Below, one piece after another: positions 34,920 to 45,707 of a DNA stretch of 64,000 nt. Within the stretch, counting starts at the first letter, position 1. Each line of letters begins with the position of its first letter. The notes beneath the pieces were generated by a model. It worked only from the letters and a program-made list of their open reading frames with translations. It ran no database searches and had not been told where the DNA came from. Source of the DNA: Anthoceros angustus. Its lineage: Eukaryota > Plantae > Anthocerotophyta. Made by a program: the position numbers and the translations under genes. The stretch covers positions 310,001 through 374,000 of the forward strand of contig MU008186.1 of NCBI GenBank assembly GCA_010909165.1. The letters run 5' to 3'.

Positions 34920-37680
34920 TCGCAAAAATCGGATACCATCTTCATGCCTAACGATGCGGCAAAAGTTCGGCATCACTGATACATGCCTACATAGACTTCT
35001 TCAATTTGTGAATGAAGGAGCAGGATACTGTGGAATCCTACATCAACAAGTTTTGTACTAGTCGTGCAAACTTGACATATTATAGCACTATTTTGTCGAG
35101 GTACAGGCTGCCGTCAGCCTGTTGGCTTCATTGCCTGAGAGCTATGACCGATTCATGAGCTCTCATAATGCTACAGTACCAGCAGCCGTAGAGGCAACTG
35201 TTGCTGGTTCCATACCTTCCTTAACACTAGAGGAAGTATTAGGAGCCCTCCTTGCAGAAGAGAGGACTCGAGGTTTCCACAAATCCAAGAATCAGCCAGC
35301 ACAAAGTTCCAAAGTTCTATTTTCTGGATGCGGTAGAGGAAGCTTTTGCGGACGAGACAGGGGCAGAGGCTTCACTCCAACTGAGAAGCAGCCCAATTTA
35401 CAGAGACGCACGTTCACCTGTAACTAGTGCAAGATCCCAGGACATTATGAAAAGGATTGCCGAAAGAAGCGTGCAGAAGAGCCAAGGAGGTAGGTCCTTG
35501 CACCTGAAACAAACGTGGCGACGAACAAGTCTTCCTTACGCAGAAACCCCTCTATTTTAGCAGTATGTTTGTCTTTTGTGCAGATACAAACAGATATGTG
35601 GTTTTTGGATTTAGGGGCCACAAGCCACATTTGTTTTGATAGACATGCTTTTTCTACTTTTCACCGTTCTACTGACCACAATCAGTTTGTGTTGTTGGGT
35701 GATAACAGTGGGTTAGCCATCAATGGTTCTGGTTCTGTTATTATAGAACTCCCAGATTCAACCACCTTAACATTGTCAAATGTGTTATTTGTTCCTTCGA
35801 TGAATAAGAACTTGATGTCTGTGATCAAGTTGACGGATGAACATTCTTACCGAGTATGTTTTGATCACATAGGTTGTTCCATCACTCGTTTCACGAGTTG
35901 GGATGACATCTGTTCATGAACTCCCTTCAATGACCTTTACTTCTTAATGTAAGGTCAGTCATCCACCCATCAGCATCTTTACATGTCTCTTAGGATACAG
36001 CCCTTTCCCCAACACAATTGTGGCATTGTAGGTTGGGGCATGTTAATTTCCAGCGTCTTTCTAGTCTTGTCAGCACTACTATCTGTTGAGACTCTCTTTC
36101 TTTTCTCTTTTCAATGCCCATGCTTTTTGTGATGCCTGAGATTAGTAAGGCAATTTCCAAGCCTTTCAAAGACAAACACCTTTCTAGAGTCACAAGCCTC
36201 CTTCATACTATTGTCCACAATGATATCTTTTGGCAGTGCATCTTATTTCATAACTTTCCTTGATAAATGGAGTCGAGTCGATATTGCACTGTATATGTTC
36301 ATCATCATAAGAGTGAGGCCTTATCTACATTTCAACCATGGCTCGGCGGCAAACAAGAGCTCAACTCAAGCTCCTTCGAACTGATAACGGCGAAGAATAC
36401 ACCAGCCATGCCTTCACAAAGTTTTATGCTGCAGAGGGAGTTATTCACCAGTTCACTATTCCCTATACGCCTGCTCAAAATGCCTTTGCGGAACGTAAGA
36501 ACATGAAACACAAGGAAGCTACTTTATCCATTCTCTCCTTCGCTGGCTTAACGAGAGGTTTTTGGGCTGAAGCTCTCATCGCAGCCAACTATATTCAAAA
36601 CCGATTGCCCTCTACGGAGCTGGGGCTCATTACTCCCTATGAACGGTGGACAGTCAAGAAGCCTCGTATTTCACATCTTCGGATACACTGCCATATGGCC
36701 ATGCATGACGCCATTTCCACTAGAAAGTTGAGAGCAAGTCACCAGCTAAGCTGCAAGCACACAGGATTAGGTGAACAAAAGCTTCATCCACTGTGCCTCG
36801 ATGCTATCCACATAGGAATTCTGAACCTAACAGGAGTCTGTGACCTCTGCTGTATGTGATGTGAGCAAAGACAAAGACCTGAACGATGCGATACTCAGCT
36901 GGTGGCTTATGAGCCCTACTGCATAAGTGAGGGAAAAGCCCTGAGCTCCATGGACTCCATGTACAAGGTGTGCTTTTGTGTAGAAAGATGTTTAGTGAGC
37001 ACGCCGGCTGTGTTCTGATCTGTGTGGATATATTCAATCTTGATATTCTTCTGTTCAACGGAGTGTCTAACATAATGGTGATGCACATCTATGTGCTTAG
37101 TATGGGCATGGAAGCGGGGATTGGCAATCATGGATATTGTGGACATGTTATCACAATAGATCACAGTGAGAGCATGCTATGTGAAACCTAAACCCTATAA
37201 GAAACTGCGTTCCCAAATGGCTTCCTGAGCAGCATCCGTCAATGCATTCTATTTATCCTCAATGCATTCTATTTATCCAACAGAAACTTGCTTCTTCAAG
37301 CTCCAATTGATGGCTGCATTTGACAAGATGAAACAATATGCAGATATGCTTCTTCAAGTCTCAAGGTCAGTGGCCCAATCCGCATTTGCGAAGCCACACA
37401 GGTAATATCGTCCTTGCCCCCTTTGAAGCATAGCCCATAATGCATAGTTCCTTTCAAATAACGCAGAATTCGTGTAATAGTACCCCAATGCTCCTTGCCA
37501 TGGTTCTCGAGAAATTGAGAGACGGAGCTGACAACATATTAGTAGTATGTCCGATCGAGTCGAGCAACTAATGTAGTTGAGGCAGCCAACAGCATGGCGA
37601 TAGGGCACTTGGGACATAGCTGCACGCTCATCATCAGTCTTAGGACATTAGTTAGAAGTAAGCTTGGCCCCTGGTGAGAT
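34920..37680. mobile_element. Degenerate Ty1/Copia retrotransposon: gag-PR-IN on +, RT end/RNase H on -
   Basis: +: LLASLPESYD, zinc knuckle CxxCxxxGHxxxDC (one stop), WFLDLGATSHIC, LWHCRLGH, LRTDNGEEY..PYTPAQNAFAERKN. -: VPYRHAVGCLNY, ADWATDL, IYCDNMSTI..HTKHIDVHHHYVR. Confidence 0.9.
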
Positions 37681-37954
37681 ACACAACTACTACCACTCTT
37701 TGCTTCTGGAAGCAGCAAGGGTTCGGGAGCCCATAACTCCTCGACTCTTTTTAGCGCTAGGGCCACACTCCACATTAGGGCAAATGCTCCAAGTATAGCG
37801 GGCATAGGGCACCGAGCTCGAGATCAGGCCACATTCCTGGAGGAAGAGCCCCAAGTTGAGGGTACCCAGCACCGGGAACGTGCCATTTTATTTACACAAC
37901 ATGCGCGGTTCATCATAGAGAGTAGAGAGTTGAACATGCCCGAATGTATCCAGC

Positions 37955-38690
37955 ATGACACTATAGCTTTGTTAACCATATATGGAGTATATAGCTTTGT
38001 TAACCATATATGGAGTAGAAGATGAGCCAAATGATGTATAAGTTATATTGGGGGGTCATAAGTATTATGTACCAAGTGAAGTGTTTGTTATAAGTATGTA
38101 GAGGGTGGGAAAAGTGCCAAGTGAAATGACCATTATAAGTATGTAGGGGATTGGAAAAGATGGAGCAAAACCGTCATGAGTAATAGGATTTTAAAACACC
38201 TGTCATCTCCCCAAGCATGTGAAGCAATAGGGTTGGAAAATACTGTAATCTTCACAAGCCTTAGAAATGTGAAAAAACCATTATGAGTAGTAGGGTTGGA
38301 AAATCCCGGTCATCTCCTCAAGCATAGGAAATGTGAAGAAACTATTATGAGTAAGAGAGTTGGAACATACCGGTCTTCGCGAGCCTGTGAAATGTGAAGA
38401 AGCCGTTATGAGCAAGAGCGTGGAAAAGTACCGGTCATGTCCGTGAGCCTCGCTCCAAACTTATGAAATGTGAAAAAAGCAATTATGAACAAGAAGTTGC
38501 GACAATATGGGTCATGCCTATGAGCCTCTGAGCCTCGCTCCAAACTTATGAAATGTGAAAAAAGCAATTATGAACAAGAAGGTGCGACAATATGGGTCAT
38601 GCCTATGAGCCTCTGTAATGTGATGAAACTGTTATGAGAGTAAGATGGTTGGAAAAGACCATAAACATCATCTTCACAAAAATGTGAAGA
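37955..38690. repeat. Diverged ~60-bp minisatellite array with a recent 85-bp exact-type duplication
   Basis: Recurrent gaaatgtgaa..ttatgag..ggttggaaaa units; 38444-38613 is a near-identical doublet. Confidence 0.75.
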
Positions 38691-39281
38691 CCATAGTGTG
38701 GAGAAAATAGTTTGTGTCAAGTACAATATGAAAATTCATACTCTCGTAATAGTATAAGTTTATTGTTAAGTTCACTCCATTCAAAGACTACTCTTATAGT
38801 GCAGATTTATGAATCTTGCGTTTGCGTTGTAACTTGAAATCTGACCTGAAATCTTTAAATAATCTATTTATGATTCGTAATAAACTTTATGAGACTTCTT
38901 TTATTATGCAGGTTCTTAAGTCTTAGGAGGTTTGCGTTGTCACCTGCGTCGTAACCTACATCGTATCTTCCATTTCGTACAAACTGGACTAACTCAACTA
39001 ATTAAACTAACTGAACTAACTATCCAACTCGGAATCGAATTGTATTGCTGTTCTTCGTTGCTAAAACGATTACATACCTGTTTGACTCTCCAACGAGACC
39101 TAATTGGGGAAGGGCTGTGAAGGGACTATGTATGTATGTAGGCACTGTTTTGAATGGAGGAAGATCCGGGGCATGTGAGGAATGAACCGGGGAAGTGAAG
39201 CACCAGAGCACGCATTGTGATGCTTCCGTGTAAGCGGCACAAATCCATCCTGAATCTGTATCGTGGTGGAAGCGGGGCGCG

Positions 39282-40401
39282 ATGGGCGCGGAGACCCTGT
39301 TGCTGCTCCTTGTATGGCGTCTCCTTTGGCTGTTCCTCGCATGGCGTCTCCTCTGGGCTTTCTGGATTACCGGGAGGCCCAAAACGCGGCCTGCCCCAAG
39401 ACGTGCTCTGCGCACCCTGATTGTGCTGGGATCTGGTGCGCTCCGATGCCAGGGCTTCCTTCAATTGCTGTCCTGTGTCCGTGGCCGCTAAAGCTCATGT
39501 TCTGCGTGCTGTCAAACAGGCGGGCATACGGCAGAGATGCTGAATTTCGTGAGCGCGCTCAGTCCCCGGAGATATGCACCCAGATGGTATGTCGCAGCCA
39601 TGAGTGACAACATGAGCTTGGGGCGGGCCCAGTATGCGGAAGAGACTGCTGCGGAGATAGCCTCCTTGTCTGAGAAGGTGTGGAGAATCTGGTCTCGTCG
39701 GGCGGAACGAGTAGGCGTGCTTGATGTGCAGTTTGCGTGCCTCTGATGTAGGCCAATCCTACAGTGCTGATTTTGGCAGACTGGATGAGGATTCTCAGGC
39801 TGGAAGTGCATACGAACAGGAGCTGCATTACCTCCAGATTTACAGGAGCAGAGAGGTGGGACAAAGCTATTTCACATCGATCTGGACTACGCTTCTTGCC
39901 ATGGCGCATGGATGCTGGCTGGTGTTGAGCATCAGACCTGATGTTGTAAGTGGCTGGGCCTACTGCGTGTTCTCCGCCAGCACAGTTGTTTGCAGCAGTT
40001 TTTGAGGACACCCGACTTGCTTCCTGGCTGGGACGATTCATGGAACGATGCCCTGAATGCTTCATGATGTATGCAGGTACTCTGCAATGGCCCGGGCACA
40101 TGCCTTCCGATCTGCGTGGCCGCTTTCCTTTACAAGGTGACGAGGCTTCTTTGCTATGATCCCAATTGTCGCCTCTGAGATGAAGGTTGAGACCCGGAGT
40201 TAACGACCCTTGTTTTTGGTCCAGGTTGTAGGATTCAAGCGGGTGGTGATTGTGTACATCGAGAGCATTGCCAGAGTCCGAAGGCTCTCCCTCACGGGCC
40301 TGCTGCTCTACAGGCTCCGGATCGTAGATCAATTTTTTGTGCAGTGGCCAAAGCTACAGGAGGAGTTCCCAAGGACGCAATACCTGGGCAGACTCATGTA
40401 G
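39282..40401 (+). CDS. ALG14: UDP-GlcNAc transferase subunit ALG14
   Basis: Exons 39282-39435, 39520-39677, 39799-39945, 40077-40136, 40225-40401. N-terminal TM segment; LIVLGSGGHTAEML, IYRSREVGQSY, LCNGPGTCLP, YIESIARVRRLSLTG..FFVQWPKL. Confidence 0.95.
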
Positions 40402-40666
40402 AGAGTGGGATTCAGTGCTGCCCTTTAGGATACTAGCATGTTTTCAAGCTGTGCATGAACAGCTGGACCGAAAGGTCTTAATTCTGCTAACATACCAAGG
40501 CTCTCAGAAATGACGCCTCGCCATAGGCGGATCCCTTGTAACCAACGAGTATGTGTATAATGACCATAAAATTCAACTCCAGCATCCCTGAGATGTTCCT
40601 ACAAAGTTACAGGATGATTTGCAGGCGTGAAGCGAAACCAGGGGCAAAAGATGCATTGGGCCCCTG

Positions 40667-41076
40667 CTACCGTTGCATCATCCTAGATATTCTTTGGAGA
40701 TGGTAGTTGATAGTTTGATTTGGCTTCCCCTTCTTGCCCTGCACATCAAAGGACCCTGTCAGGGCCTGTTGATCATAAACCTGGAACGCAACTAGTTCAT
40801 AGCTTGAATGTCCTTAACTGCTTCATCGACCCTTCAGTAAGGCAACAAGCTCCTTGCTCTCACACAGATAGAGCATTTCATTCCAGCATGCTGTCAGAAT
40901 CACACCTGAAGATCCATGCAGGTGTTGAGCGCAGCTCTTTCCGCAGCGCAAGCAGCATCATCAAAGTTGCTTCTTCCAAGAGCTCCCAGAAACGTCAACA
41001 TTTCGGTAAGGCACGGGAACTGCTTCCGAGTGAGGGTCTTGGGATTCACTCGCATAATACCCGCCTTGCGCCCCAT
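40667..41076 (-). CDS. mS37: Mitochondrial small-subunit ribosomal protein mS37 (CHCHD1-like), 80 aa
   Basis: Exons 41076-40906 and 40738-40667 give MGRKAGIMRVNPK...PCLTEMLTFL...CAAERAALNTCMDLQ|GKKGKPNQTINYHLQRISR. MGRKAG and INYHLQR are the plant mS37 signatures. Not in the ORF track. Confidence 0.85.
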
Positions 41077-41301
41077 GCTGGCCTGATCGGTCCACGCCTC
41101 GGACGATTACTCCTTCTCGGGCGGTGACATATGGGAGTAGCAGTAGAAGAAGAATGGTAAGTGGGTCCAAACCCTAACCCTAGATCGAAAAAGCAAGCTA
41201 CCGAGTCTGAGAACGGAAAACATATTCCTCGAAGTCTATATATGTGCTCTCACTAGCTACGAGTTTTGTCTGAAGGCTGCGTTGCATTTCAGTCTGTGTA
41301 C
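41077..41301. promoter_or_regulatory. 225-bp divergent intergenic region (bidirectional promoter) with telo-box
   Basis: aaaccctaaccctag at ~41169 between the mS37 and PNO1 start codons. Confidence 0.6.
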
Positions 41302-42098
41302 ATGGCGGACCAGGAAGCTGCCCCGATGGAGGACGCCGTTCCGATGGAGGAAGCCGTCGTGATGGAGGAGGCTGGGCCGTCGAAGCCTCAGTTTCCACCG
41401 CTGTCGGCCCATGAGATGGGAGGCGGCCGAGTGCAGGTTCGCAGACTGTTCGTGCCTTCTCATCGGTATACTCCATTGAAACAACACTGGTTGGAAGTTT
41501 ACACGCCAATCTACGAGCAGATGAAGATCGACATTCGGATGAACCTCAAGGTACGATGGATTCAGCTTGCTACAGCCGCCTGTCTCTGCTCGCTCAGCTG
41601 GCTGTGTAGACTTTAGGTGGTCTGTCGTGTAGCGGATCGACAACTCACAATCAACTTCCTTATTCTGGCATGCAGACTCGCAAGGTGGAATTGAAGACAA
41701 GGCGCGATACCCCTGATGCAGACGCTTTGCAGAAATGTGCCGATTTTGTGCATGCTTTTCTTTTAGGGTTCGATATTGCTGACGCAATTGCGCTGCTGAG
41801 ATTGGATGATCTCTATGTTGAGTCTTTCGAGATTAAGGATGTGAAGACGTTGAAAGGGGAGCACTTGTCCAGAGCTATTGGAAGGTTGTCAGGGAAGGGA
41901 GGGAAGACAAGACATGCGATTGAGAATTCATCCAGGACAAGAATAGTCATTGCGGATACCAGGATACACATTCTAGGCTCTTTTGCCAACATCAGAGTGG
42001 CAAGGAATGCTCTTTGCAATCTCATTTTAGGGTCCCCTGCGCCGAAAGTTTACTCGACGTTGAGGAACGTATCTCGCCGATTGGCGGAGAATTTTTGA
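41302..42098 (+). CDS. PNO1: Pre-rRNA-processing KH-domain protein PNO1/Dim2
   Basis: Exons 41302-41550 and 41676-42098; VPSHRYTPLK, LQKCADFVHAF, LKGEHLSRAIGRLSGKGGKT, LILGSPAPKVY. Confidence 0.97.
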
Positions 42099-42527
42099 GC
42101 TATATACTATTTGTTGTCACTCTTGGTACGGGAGAGTTACCGTTCTTGCGGTGCGAGGACCATTCGGCGAGGCAAAGGCTCCTGGGGAAAATCTTCACTT
42201 GTATGGTGTTGTTTGTATCAGGACGTACCATCGGCTATGGAGCAGCAACTTGTATATTACACTGGAGAGTTACCGTTCTTGCCGTGCAAGTCTGTTCGAC
42301 GCCGTTCAAGTTCCCGAGAAGTCTGTTGTAACAGGGGTTGGGGTTTAGACTAAACAAAGCAGGGTTTAGGGTGTTACATCAGGGTGGAGCATCAGCTCCT
42401 ACTTTTTAGACTACCAAAATTGTCAGTTCCTGTCTATGACAAGTAAGAGCTTGTGGACCAAGCCACTGTAGTGCTAATTTAAGTACAGCTGATTCAGTAA
42501 CTGTTTAAAAGTTATGTAGTCTACTCG

Positions 42528-43761
42528 TCACGCCTTGTCCTTGGGCTGCACTTGCTGTGGTTGACCTTCGGAGGATAGGTCTGTTCCTTGTAGCCTGACA
42601 TCTGGAGCTTGCCCTTGACTTCCTTGTGGTTCACTACCTTGTCCAGATTGAGACTGTAGCCACGCTTCTGCATTGGCACCGTGACTAGCAAACTGCTGAA
42701 TTACTGCAGCTGCCTGCCTTCCAATATCTGGCACTTGCAGCAACAGCTAACTGTTGTGCCAGTGCCATCTGTTGTTGAGCTGCTTGACCTTGCTGCTGTG
42801 CTACCTGAAAACCCAGATTCAATGGAGTACCCTCAGCTAGACAGATCCTTGACCTTGCTGCTGTGCTACCTGAAAACCCAGATTCAATGCAGTACCCTCA
42901 GCTAGACAGATCCTCGACAACTATACTATACTGTGATGGCAGCATGAGAGGCTTGAGGTGTGCATACCTGCTGTGTTGCTGCATCTGGAGAAGTGTTTGC
43001 TATGTTTTGAGCATACAGCAACTGAGTGGTAGCGGCTTCAGCCGTCCTATGGGCAACTAAGGTCAGCATCTGCTGGCAGTACGCGTCCCTGGCCTCTGGA
43101 GTCAGTGGCGGTGGCACAGGCTGTTGGCCAAATGCTCCTAGCAAAAACAGGTTTGCACGTTTAACCAGGTAAGATGTTTATTATATACAACTGGATTTGA
43201 ACTGCTGTTCTTACCACCACCGCCTTGCATAGCCTGTACTCGTGCTGCGGCCTGCTGCTGCTGAGCCAAAGCTTGCTGCTGAGCCATGGCCTGCTGCTGA
43301 GCCATTGCCTGCTGTTGAGCTTGAGCTGCCGCCTGCTGCTGAACCTGGGCTGCCGCCTGCTGCTGGGCTAACTGGTGTGCAGCCATCTGTTGTGCGCCAT
43401 ATTGCGCTGTGTTGGCGGCAGAGAACGTTGCAGTGTTCGCAGCTTCCTGCCACGCTGCTGCTTCCTGGATGGCATGCTCAGCCTTCTCGTGAGCAGCCAT
43501 CTGCTTATGGTACGCCACCTTAGCTGCTCTCTGAGCCTCGGCTTGCGCCTCTGCCGCCTCCTCCGCGGCGACCCTCGCCTGTTGCAAGACCCAGTTGCCC
43601 ATCAGCAAGGAAACACTGCGAAATTCTCAAACGGAAAGCTTCCAAAGGAAACCACCGTAGCTCACTTGAACTTGAGTCTCGGACGAGCGCTGCTCAGGAG
43701 CTTCGTCCTCCTTCATTCTCTCTTGCGAATATCTCTCTCTCGATCTCTGTGATTCCGCCAT
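42528..43761 (-). CDS. Spliced Gln/Ala-rich orphan gene, 3' exon apparently damaged
   Basis: Exons 43761-43666, 43578-43215, 43137-42968 join in phase via 87- and 77-bp GT-AG introns. The last acceptor is duplicated by a 65-bp tandem repeat (42785-42915) and a frameshift separates two Q-rich frames. Confidence 0.55.
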
Positions 43762-45707
43762 GATACCTCGTCAGCGGGATCGACTGAGCCTGAGCCTACA
43801 ACAGCGAGGCAAGATCAGTCCTCACATCAAGCCAGTCTCCAAAAGCGTCCACACCCAAGGAACCAGCCGTGCCCATCATCTCATAAGACTAACTCGAATT
43901 CGAAGACGGGAAGCATTACTGTGCAGTTCTCAAATGTGGGTGGTACGATCACCTGGTGAATTGCAGATCGTTCGTGTAACAGCACAAGTCCTTCAGCTAC
44001 CAAGAGATTTAGATACTGTACAAATTGAACTTCAAATCGGGCATTAGATGACCCGACTGCTAGCAGCACCCGAGATTCTTCTCAGGATAATCTGCCTCAC
44101 TCGCCTCGGGACAGGCACTTCCCGGACTACTTCTTCCACCACACGGACTACGATGAGGCAGTATGCCTCAAGAAGATGGGCTAGCAATGCGACGAGAATC
44201 ATCTCCGATTGCCTGCAATTCCTCACACAGTTCCAATTGGTCCACACCAAAGCGAAGAAATTGGGACCCAAGCACTGTGCATCAAGCATACAAAACTGCT
44301 TGATGCACAACACACACACAGAACAACACAACACAACCGCAGAGCAAGGAAGAACAGCAAATATTCCTTCTTTCAAGACCTACATTCGTCAAACCCCTAT
44401 CCACATGGCTTCATCTGCAACACGATCCGTGCAGATCTGGGACCGGCCGTGCAAGGTCAAGGTTCCGTATGGAGAGAGGTCATCAAAACGACATAAATAG
44501 CCGCTTTCTGAAGCCCAAAAAATGCATAAACCAAGGCACACCATGCAGCGCGCTGGCCAGCATCTCCAGAACCGCCAGACTATTTCAGGATAGCGACAAT
44601 CGGAATCGGAGCTGCACACATAGCAGAGATATAGCTGGCTGCTCACATGCCCAGTGCCACCTGCGGTCCTCAGCTAACCATGTTGCAGCGTGGGGGGCAA
44701 GGCCTGTGCGGCTGCCTAGTTGTGGGGACTGCGCCCAGATATTCCAGGACTTACACTGAAGATGAGAGGCCAAATTCCTCACTCCCACTCCAGCTGCTCA
44801 CCGTAATTTGCAGGACTGGTAGAGAAGACTGCGGATTCGGTGAAGTGGCTCTGCAACGTGGCTGCTTGCATGCTGCCCACAAGCCAGCGCCAAATTTTAT
44901 TACCAGCTCAATCAACTCAATCAAACTCAAGTAAAATCATCTTTAACGCTGTCAAACAACTCTGCTAGTTGTCACCACAACCTGGTTCTGGCGTTTTGGT
45001 TCTTGAGAGAAATCAGGATCAACACCTCCATCACCGCGGTGTTGTTCAGATCAGCTGGCCTATTACAACTTAGCCTGCATTGGAATGAGCTGATCAGGCA
45101 GGACAGTGGCTCCATCTGTGCATACTGCAAAGTCAGTCCATACCTGTTTCTTGTTGCCGTCTGAAGAATGGGTAGGAGGGGCCTCGCAATTAAAAAATTG
45201 AGATCCTGAACATGACGACTTCCATGGCCCGTTGTTTCTTTGAGAGATACATAGTATTGAGGTACATACGTAGCCTGAAGAGGCATGGAGGGTTTAAAAC
45301 TGACGGAAGAACCAAGCTACTTGACTGATGCCAGAGGCTGCTGTTAGTAGCTGAGAACTAGCTACTTGCCGCAGGTTCTTACAAAAGGAAACCTCGAGGC
45401 AGCAAATCTTTTGGAAATGCAAAGCTAAGCCTTACAAGCACTGCCCTTCCTCGAGACCGTCGGGCTGCTCCAAGATGCTAGGCGTCACAGGACGTTTGTG
45501 AGATGATGGCCTTGACGAAACCCTAATCTCACGTAGTAGAGTTCGCTTCCTTGCTGCGACGTCTGGGTGCCGTGACCGTTGATCCAGCTCGTTCAGAGGG
45601 GTAGTAACGCATTATCTGCTTGCAGTTGTCTCTCTCGTTTAGAGGAGGAGTAACGCATTATCTGCTTGAAATTGTCTCCCTCGTACAGCCATCAGAACTT
45701 CTTCAAT

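Noticed and set aside
39559-40332. 257-aa - strand ORF
   Set aside because: Antisense to ALG14.
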